From Candidatus Pacearchaeota archaeon (lineage in GTDB: Archaea > Nanobdellota > Nanobdellia > Pacearchaeales > GW2011-AR1), in contig JAFCEE010000004.1 in NCBI GenBank assembly GCA_017609285.1, forward strand, positions 1-62,754: a stretch of DNA of 62,754 nt, in the 5' to 3' direction. The stretch's first letter is position 1; each line of letters starts with the position of its first letter. Below the pieces are notes generated by a model, which worked only from the letters and a program-made list of their open reading frames with translations, made no database searches and was not told the origin of the DNA. This document shows positions 56,301 to 62,754 of the stretch, in pieces. A program made the position numbers and the translations under genes.

Positions 56301-58964
56301 GAGTCAATAGATGATGTTCATTTAAAGATTTATGTTGATAGTGTTCCCGGAGCAGCATTTAGAGATACTTCACTTTACATAACAGAAATGACAGATAAAG
56401 GTGCTAATTATGCAACTGCCCAAGCTTTATTTCAAGCAGTAGATGACAATACTAAATATTTTACTTGGGGAAAGGCAAACTGGGCAACTGGATGGCAGGA
56501 TTTTGATTTAGGAACAAGTGCTGATACTGATTTACAAAACAGACTTGCTAATGATTGGTTTTCTATTGGTTTCTATACTTCAGAAGACGGAAATGCTGGA
56601 ATGTTTAGTTCTTTCCGTTCAGTAGATTATGCAGGGACTACTTCAGACCCATATTTAGAAGTTACTTATACCTTAGCTTCAAATGTTTTAGGATTAAATG
56701 TATCTCTTAATCCTCAATCAGTTTCTTGTAATGAAAATGTTAATATTAGTGGAACATTTACTTTAAATTCTGTTGGAGTCGGAGGTGTTCCAATTGATAT
56801 TTTTATGGATGGGGTTAGATTAAATTATAAAAGGAACTTTACATCTGGAAAAACTTTTTGGGATAATGGTTCTTATTCAAATACAATTAGAACAGATAAT
56901 TATATTCTATTAGATTTAGATTCTAATTATGATATTGTAACAAATGGAAATATGGAGGGAAATTATGTAGGAGGAGTTGCTCCAAATTGGGCTGAAGCTG
57001 CTTATGGAACAAATACTTATAGTTTAGACGAAGAAACTTCAAATCCTTTGCAAGGGAGTTCATCACAAAAAGTTACTATAACTGCCTGGACTGATGGGCA
57101 AGTTGGAATTAAACAAACTCAATCTGTAACTTCTGGAACAAAATATATCTATAAATTAAGAGGAACTTCAACTAATCCTTCAGCAAGTTATTTTATAGCA
57201 TTTCAACAAGATGGAAGCCCATATACTACTTATCTTAATTTTGGAGATTCTTTTAAACCAACTACCACAAATGATTATTATACAGGAGAAAAAACATCTT
57301 CTGGAACAGATGCTGCTTGTAACTTATTAATTAGGGTCAGTAAAGTTGGAACTTATGTTTGGGATGAATTTATAATTTCAACTGCTTATCTTAGTTCTGG
57401 AACTTATACTTCTCCTCCTATTGATTTAGGAACAGGTAATGGAAGCTTGATGATTAAATGGGGAGAATCTTTGCCAGAGAATACAGATATAAAAATACAA
57501 ACACAAACTTCTCCAGATGGCTCATCTTGGGGTGATTGGAGTTCAAATTATACTAATAGTTCAGGAGAGGTTGTAGAAAATCCTCAAAGATATATTAAAT
57601 ATAAAGCTATTTTGGAAACTTCAGACACTACAGAAACTCCTAAATTATATAATGTTACTTTTTATAGTGTTTTAACAGATTCAGCAGGGAATTATAATTT
57701 TAATATAACTGCTCCGTGTGTAGCAGGAACATATAATATTACAGTAAATGCAACTTATGAAGGCTCTTCTGTTACGAATAGTAGTATTTTGAGTGTAAGT
57801 GGAGTGGGAGATACAACTTCGCCAAAAATTAATTTTACAGATCCTACCCCTAAAAATGGAACCACAATTTCAGATACAAGTTTTGAAGTAAATGTTACTA
57901 TAAACGAAACCAATTTAAGAGATGTTATATTTAATTGGGATAATACAAATTATACAATTTATAATAATAGTTTATTTGTAATGTATAATTTTGACAATGT
58001 TTCTGCTTTAGGTGAAAATGATACCTATGTTATTGATTTAAGTCCTGATAGCGAGAATAATAATGCAGTCATAAGTTCTTCTACCTTTGTGGCAGGGAAA
58101 TATGGAAAGGCAATTGAATTAGATGGTTCTAGTTCTACAATAACTCCTTTAAGTTCTGATCCTGGAAATTTCCATGACTCTTTTTCTAAATTGTTTTTTG
58201 AATCTTGGTTTAAAGCAGATGATACTTCAAGCATTAATGGAAGAACTATTTTAGATATTGGAGGAGAATCAAATGGATTTTGCGTAAGGATAAAAGCAAA
58301 TAAACTTATTGTTTGTATCCAAGATGATGATTCTACAGAAAGTATTTCTTACCCATTTACAGATACTTCTAATTGGCATCATATAACTGCAGGTTTTAAT
58401 GACAGTACTCTTTCTTTATATCTTGATGGAGAACTTAAAAATTCCACTAATACCTCCTTTTCTTCTATTTCAGAACATATAAGCGAACCAGGAATAGGTT
58501 ATACTCAGGATTCAGATGCATGTGACTGGTCTTCTTCTGGAAATTATTTTGATGGAAAAATTGATGATCTGAAAATATGGAAAGGAGTAACTTTTAATGC
58601 AGAGGAGATAAAACAACATTATTATTCAAATTTGTATAAAACTTCTGCTTCAGATTGGAATTTATATGTAAATCAAATTAACTATACTAGTGGGAGTTAT
58701 AATTATTATGCTGCTGTTTATGATTCAAGTGATAATTTTAATATGACTGAGGTTAGAAATATTATTATAGATAAAACCTCTAGAATAGGTTTAGGTTTAA
58801 TTTATCCTACTAGGAACATTAATGTAACCCAAAATCAATTTTTTAATGTTACTGTAAATGTTTCTTGTTTTCAGGAAAACTGTGGGGAAGTCAATGTAAG
58901 CTTGGATCCTGTACATACTGGATTTGTGGACCCTAATGGAGATGAGCGATTATGTTTATACTGA
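53322..58964 (+). CDS. giant surface protein (N-terminal TM anchor, acidic repeats, CBM-like and LamG/ConA-like domains)
   Basis: 1880-aa ORF; TM near residues 48-66; LamG-like region about 58030-58600 (...GKAIELDG...FDGKIDDLKIW); very many N-x-S/T sequons. Confidence 0.8.
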   Translation: MSYKKYIKRGNKIYGPYIYKSERRGEKVVTQYMGKGEIDKKRRNKLKFLLVIPLLVIVALIFFKTFLTPTGKIVLEPIPIYKINETIMGDVKINLNRGELIPADSLILLKLDGQEKEISLSQITSMEPIEGDFYAENTGLSGHGLGYGFPGEKKIYPTISFKILVYEISEDIEESEVSQESNEENITKAVEEEITSEPTEETTQAEEPALEITEQQAEEETITEPTEETKAVEEEITSEPVEETTQAEEPALEITEQQAEETSSSEETKAVEEEITSEPVEETTQAEEPAPESITQTTGDVKGEAGITGAVVGGSRVIDGKVSYGEEFEYVLGPGETAAIISESVKTDDKNLTSDVLEFEIKNNKVIITTQYYETEQGFGPEYLTDEVESLTAELEKFNLKALPGILEISILYKNTTITELSKKIRVSKQEIPFEIENITINITVTPNATSIKQIKTIPDITMLKNSRYILNLSHYFYSNFSITYTAIQPENMSIIVEGNKAEIIPQTNFTGTRASKIIAQVGDLIIESNLFNIIVSERDISLRTSKLIRLGKPVKWKKNIRLETPTNFTIQIPEKSKNITIRKIENGKQKKTEIKNFKVRAGTLTGYLTLELKLERKPSFLKSLKNLWMGLKKLTGLAIENETENTFVIEEKLTENVIEIVIEDNATEYEIEYETSAPEAREIRIGKGKKQITIEAELPYTDILAYTFIEESKEEEIIVEGAEYYELVDNNNDGLVDEVDWIANVGDEILISINKTDNQTKKVFNRTKNADIYYLGDNTYKAVISLKQKNVKVNNTYVPLTDVLEMYSNYKGNIYINFNNTEIKLTPYYYSGSEKFYLSNISDYDVLYHSHVYDNKGGYKYAFGIFNFSKLNTNKIGFEINSNKNIVIENNKIITENILVDFSDVAESNYSLNMSSEYVEITGEFGENLYLDPSVTTPDPTWDRTCYWDDSAGNYKFDDAASTTLPWGYHSTLGDIRRGAIDLDISAIPDDVESIDDVHLKIYVDSVPGAAFRDTSLYITEMTDKGANYATAQALFQAVDDNTKYFTWGKANWATGWQDFDLGTSADTDLQNRLANDWFSIGFYTSEDGNAGMFSSFRSVDYAGTTSDPYLEVTYTLASNVLGLNVSLNPQSVSCNENVNISGTFTLNSVGVGGVPIDIFMDGVRLNYKRNFTSGKTFWDNGSYSNTIRTDNYILLDLDSNYDIVTNGNMEGNYVGGVAPNWAEAAYGTNTYSLDEETSNPLQGSSSQKVTITAWTDGQVGIKQTQSVTSGTKYIYKLRGTSTNPSASYFIAFQQDGSPYTTYLNFGDSFKPTTTNDYYTGEKTSSGTDAACNLLIRVSKVGTYVWDEFIISTAYLSSGTYTSPPIDLGTGNGSLMIKWGESLPENTDIKIQTQTSPDGSSWGDWSSNYTNSSGEVVENPQRYIKYKAILETSDTTETPKLYNVTFYSVLTDSAGNYNFNITAPCVAGTYNITVNATYEGSSVTNSSILSVSGVGDTTSPKINFTDPTPKNGTTISDTSFEVNVTINETNLRDVIFNWDNTNYTIYNNSLFVMYNFDNVSALGENDTYVIDLSPDSENNNAVISSSTFVAGKYGKAIELDGSSSTITPLSSDPGNFHDSFSKLFFESWFKADDTSSINGRTILDIGGESNGFCVRIKANKLIVCIQDDDSTESISYPFTDTSNWHHITAGFNDSTLSLYLDGELKNSTNTSFSSISEHISEPGIGYTQDSDACDWSSSGNYFDGKIDDLKIWKGVTFNAEEIKQHYYSNLYKTSASDWNLYVNQINYTSGSYNYYAAVYDSSDNFNMTEVRNIIIDKTSRIGLGLIYPTRNINVTQNQFFNVTVNVSCFQENCGEVNVSLDPVHTGFVDPNGDERLCLY
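53881..54205 (+). repeat. in-frame tandem acidic repeats (126 + 117 + partial unit)
   Basis: Unit KAVEEEITSEP(T/V)EETTQAEEPALEITEQQAEE..., starting at 53881, 54007 and 54124. Confidence 0.85.
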
Positions 58965-59415
58965 CTCGATTTATGCACAGGATTATTATAATATGACCAC
59001 AATAGATATGGGCTGGGGGATAGCAAGTTCAGTTAAAATATGGGTTTATGCAAGGAAAGATAGTGAATATCAGGCACCATTCAATGTTAATGCTTATCTT
59101 AATGGAGAATGGAAAACTCCACAATTTATAACATTGACAACAGACTGGGCATGGTATAGCAAAGAATATACAGGAACTTTTACTCAAAATGATATAGACA
59201 ATCTTCAAATCAGGTTAAAATATGGAAACCCTCCTGGCGAGTCTTCATCTGTAGAAGTAGCAGCAGCATATGCAGAAATAAATTATACAAAAAAAGGACT
59301 AATTTCAACAACAATAGGAGCCACTCCTTTCTACACAAATGAATCAAATCCAAGAAGCATAAATTTAAATAAAGATGAAAGTCAGCTTGTTACATTCTGG
59401 GTAAATGCTATGTAA
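58924..59415 (+). CDS. surface-protein segment in +1 frame (possibly a separate gene from ATG 58936/58942, or joined to flanks by frameshifts)
   Basis: Ends ...[41 protein letters not shown]. Overlaps both neighbouring frames. Confidence 0.5.
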   Translation: MWTLMEMSDYVYTDSIYAQDYYNMTTIDMGWGIASSVKIWVYARKDSEYQAPFNVNAYLNGEWKTPQFITLTTDWAWYSKEYTGTFTQNDIDNLQIRLKYGNPPGESSSVEVAAAYAEINYTKKGLISTTIGATPFYTNESNPRSINLNKDESQLVTFWVNAM

Positions 59416-61862
59416 CTATACAAGAAGCTGAAGATACAACTCCACCAACCTGCAGTTTAATTTCAGCTACTCCTTCTAACATAACAGCAAATTCAACAGG
59501 AACATATGAAGTTATAATTAATTGTACTGATATTAGTGGAATAAATATAAGCAGATTTGCAATAACAAGAACAGTAGAAGGAGGAGATGCTTGGGGAGTT
59601 CCTAATTACTGGAGCATAAGACCACCTGCAAACAATAAAGCAGAAGAATATATTGATGAACATGGACATAATCAAGGAAACATATTAAGGGCAGACGGAA
59701 GAGCTGACAACAAGTGGTATGATGCTTTATTTTCTGACAATTATACTTATGCTGTAAATGACATATCAAGTCCAAGAGTAAGCATAACTAATGGTAGTAA
59801 TTGGGCTTTATTGAACTTTACATGGGATGTTGAGCCTTCTGTTTTCAGAAGTGCAGTTTATTTAAGCAGGAGACATATAGAGAGCGAGGAAAAGAAAGAA
59901 TATAAAGTATATAAAAATAATCCTTTATTAATTAAAGGCTGGGATTTAATGTATATGAGAAATGACACAAACTACTCTATGTGTGCATTCAGAAATATAA
60001 ACTATACTGACTCTCCAAACTTCCCATTAAGAGTTTATTATTGTAATAGCAGTTATAATCCAGCAACAGGAGGAGATTTAGACAATTCTGTTAATTGTGT
60101 TCACTTATATTCTTTAACAACTTCAGATTTAGACACCACCTACTATAGTTCAAGAAATTCATCTTATTCAAAAACATGCTTTTCAGTTATAAATAATAGG
60201 TTAGATGGAGTTAAAGCAAGTGAAATTTTTTATTATGGTTATTATAGTCAGGTTCCAGCAGGAAAATCTTATTTAGTCAGATATGCAAACGGCTCGTCAG
60301 GAACAAATGTCAGCTTTAATGATAGCAAGGTAGCTTGGTATTCTTCTGATGACGGTTCATCTTGGACACAGGCAGAATTTACCCCTGATATTTGGTATAG
60401 TGGAATTGTTGCAGGCGACCAATTACAAACAGGAGTTTATGTTGAGGATTTACTTGGAAATAATTACACTAATTTAACTCTATACACAGATGATGTTGGA
60501 TTAGTTAATCTGCCAATTACAACACCAGACATATTATCTTACTACTCATCTGCTTATGGCTTAGATGAAGACTTGAATGGCACTCATAGTGGAATTATGA
60601 CAATTAAAGTAGGAGTAAGCAAAGACCCTAATGCTCTTGGGACTGTTAATCATTCTTTATATCTCACATATCCTAATGGGACAATAGTTTACACAATAAA
60701 CAAAAGCTTCTATTCACCTTTAGACACACCAATAAATATAACTTTCAACACTTCTTTAGTTTCTGATGGCATATACAAGATAAATGTTACTGCTGTAGCT
60801 GATGACAATCCTAATGATATAAGGAGTTTTTTAACTGCACATAATTTTACAATTGCAAATGCAGATATAACACCGCCATATTTCACTTACATAGATAATG
60901 TTACAATTTATGATACTGAATCTGTAGGAATTGACTTTAATGCTTCTGATGATATTGCTTTTGATTGTTGGGGTGTAAATGATACTACTCATTTCAGTAT
61001 AAACTGTTCAGGTTGGCTTGAAAATATAACTGCCTTAAATATAGGTGTTTATTATCTTAACATAACTATAAATGATACAGCAGGAAATGAAAATTTCACC
61101 ATAATTTATGTAAATGTAACTGCTGTTCCAGACACAACTCCTCCACAAATTACTAATATATCTTCAACAGTAACAACTTCAACAGCGACTATAACCTGGA
61201 CTACCGATGAGCAAGCTAATTCAACAGTTTATTATGGAACTACTCAAGCAACCACTTCAACTTCAAGTTCCTCAAGTTTAGTGACTTCACACTCAATAAC
61301 CTTAACTGGTTTGTCATCATCTACTCTTTACTATTACAATGTGAGTAGTTGCGATTCTAGTGGGAATTGCAATACTTCTGTCCAATATACTTTCACAACT
61401 TCTACTGGGGGAGGAGGGCCTGGATGTACAGATGATTGTGATGAGGAAGGACAAGAAGAAAATGAATGTGTAAATTCCACTACCCTTAGGACAAGGACTT
61501 GTGGGGATTATGATGCTGATTCTTGTTTAGAATGGTCTAGCTGGAATTATGTCAGTTGCGGAGTTAATGAAATTTGTCAAGATGGTGCTTGTATTTCTAC
61601 TGCAGAACCAGAATTAGAGATTGAGCTTATAAAACCAGAAGGAGACATAAATGTAACTCAAAATGAGGTGTTTAATGTTTCAGTTAAGATAACTTGTTTG
61701 CAAGGTTATTGTGGTGAGGTTGAAGTTGCTTTAGACCCTCTAAAAACTGAAGAAGATAAGGAAAGGAAAAAAGGTTTGCGACTCGGACTAGAAAGATTAA
61801 ATATTATTAAATATTTAGATAAAATTTATAATAAAATCATATCACTTGTAAAAAATGAATAA
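59379..61862 (+). CDS. surface-protein segment (Ig-like, FN3-like, Cys-rich); no ATG in its first 432 nt
   Basis: Frame open from 59379 with protein-like sequence ([15 protein letters not shown]...) but the track start is a TTG at 59811. FN3-like segment about 61130-61400. The C-terminal module duplicates the one at 58800-58910. Confidence 0.6.
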   Translation, partial: KSACYILGKCYVTIQEAEDTTPPTCSLISATPSNITANSTGTYEVIINCTDISGINISRFAITRTVEGGDAWGVPNYWSIRPPANNKAEEYIDEHGHNQGNILRADGRADNKWYDALFSDNYTYAVNDISSPRVSITNGSNWALLNFTWDVEPSVFRSAVYLSRRHIESEEKKEYKVYKNNPLLIKGWDLMYMRNDTNYSMCAFRNINYTDSPNFPLRVYYCNSSYNPATGGDLDNSVNCVHLYSLTTSDLDTTYYSSRNSSYSKTCFSVINNRLDGVKASEIFYYGYYSQVPAGKSYLVRYANGSSGTNVSFNDSKVAWYSSDDGSSWTQAEFTPDIWYSGIVAGDQLQTGVYVEDLLGNNYTNLTLYTDDVGLVNLPITTPDILSYYSSAYGLDEDLNGTHSGIMTIKVGVSKDPNALGTVNHSLYLTYPNGTIVYTINKSFYSPLDTPINITFNTSLVSDGIYKINVTAVADDNPNDIRSFLTAHNFTIANADITPPYFTYIDNVTIYDTESVGIDFNASDDIAFDCWGVNDTTHFSINCSGWLENITALNIGVYYLNITINDTAGNENFTIIYVNVTAVPDTTPPQITNISSTVTTSTATITWTTDEQANSTVYYGTTQATTSTSSSSSLVTSHSITLTGLSSSTLYYYNVSSCDSSGNCNTSVQYTFTTSTGGGGPGCTDDCDEEGQEENECVNSTTLRTRTCGDYDADSCLEWSSWNYVSCGVNEICQDGACISTAEPELEIELIKPEGDINVTQNEVFNVSVKITCLQGYCGEVEVALDPLKTEEDKERKKGLRLGLERLNIIKYLDKIYNKIISLVKNE

Positions 61863-62754
61863 GCTAAAAAAGAGGTTGATTGAAATTATGACTTTACTAG
61901 TTGTTACTTTACTAATATTTACGTCAGGAGTTCATGCTAATACGAATGTCATAGTGCCTGTTCCTGATGGATGGAAAGGTTTTGCTTGGGCAGGACAGCA
62001 TGATGCTTGGTGCGATACTTCATGTGGTTGGAAAGGAGATAGGTACATAAAATTTTGTTCAGAAAATGAATGCACAAAATTAAGCGAAACAAAAATACAT
62101 GGCAGTTCAGAAATTGTTACTATGATTAGGATTTTTTTTGACCACGATGGTAAAAAAAGTAAAGTTGATATTTATGGTTATAATCAAGATAATGAGTTTT
62201 TAATAAAGAAAGATTTTGAGATAAGCAAGAATAATAAAGAAGGAAGAGTTTGTGGTTATCCTGGTTGCGAAGCATGCAATCAGGAGTGTAGTTGGGATAT
62301 CCCTGTCAATTTACCTGAACCAATTACAGGAATAAGAATAAATACAAAAGGAAGGAAAATACCGGCAGATTATTTTGGCTTGTTTTATAAGCCTTGCCCA
62401 GATGCTGATGGAGATGGCTATGCTGATGCAATATGTGGGGGAAATGATTGTGATGATTCTAACCTCAACATATACCCGGGAGCTACAGAAATATGTGGAA
62501 ATGGTATGGATGAGAATTGTGATGGTCAAGACGATGTATGTCCTCATACTTGCTCATCTCCAGACCAAATAATTTTAAAGCTCTCAGATAAAACAAATGC
62601 TTATGGTGAAGTTTGGGATGGTGCAGGAAATTATCAGGTTGAAATTTGTTATGATGAGATTTTTGGACAGGATTATTTAGGAGAAAATCCTCATGAATGT
62701 ACAGGAACAAATAAAGTTTTAGGTTTGTCTAATATAACTGAAGCTTTAGCTGAA
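61855..62754 (+). CDS. secreted Cys-rich protein, partial (runs off window end)
   Basis: ATG at 61855 overlaps the upstream stop (ATGAATAA). Signal peptide ...[53 protein letters not shown] resembles the MopE-type putative metal-binding repeat. Absent from the ORF track because it has no stop. Confidence 0.6.
   Translation, partial: MNKLKKRLIEIMTLLVVTLLIFTSGVHANTNVIVPVPDGWKGFAWAGQHDAWCDTSCGWKGDRYIKFCSENECTKLSETKIHGSSEIVTMIRIFFDHDGKKSKVDIYGYNQDNEFLIKKDFEISKNNKEGRVCGYPGCEACNQECSWDIPVNLPEPITGIRINTKGRKIPADYFGLFYKPCPDADGDGYADAICGGNDCDDSNLNIYPGATEICGNGMDENCDGQDDVCPHTCSSPDQIILKLSDKTNAYGEVWDGAGNYQVEICYDEIFGQDYLGENPHECTGTNKVLGLSNITEALAE

Overview
Strongly AT-rich archaeal chromosome segment. The gene set and intron-bearing tRNAs look DPANN-like (Woese-/Pace-/Nanoarchaeota type); this is an inference from content only. 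The backbone is ordinary information-processing and housekeeping genes: PolB, FEN1, RFC small and large, CDC48, SerRS, PheRS alpha/beta, TFS, MetAP, EndoIII, signal peptidase, PIMT, UMP kinase, Trm5, an unannotated L41e, and tRNA-Lys/Glu/Gln/Thr. I saw no rRNA, CRISPR array, transposase, integrase or reverse transcriptase.

Four things stand out.

(1) Two paralogous, GC-richer, hairpin-dense non-coding elements lie at about 206-1645 and 7960-8814. I cannot assign them to any RNA family. Each is split at the same position by a two-tier long-range stem that encloses an unrelated promoter+ORF cassette, on opposite strands in the two copies. The stem sequences differ completely between copies but pairing is perfect in both. 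This is my best candidate for something undescribed.

(2) Other single-gene insertions are bounded by duplications. A LAGLIDADG gene sits between a degenerate and an intact copy of the tRNA-Glu 5' region, and its ORF terminates inside the tRNA. corA is flanked by a 23-bp direct repeat of the polB 3' end.

(3) A co-directional trio encodes a HerA-like ATPase, a tandem Nudix-like protein and a stand-alone domain resembling the Tpt1/KptA NAD-binding lobe.

(4) A scramblase-ABC transporter operon, a cluster of paralogous membrane proteins, and a >9 kb surface-protein island with frame discontinuities.

All identities and pairings were counted by hand. No database search was possible.
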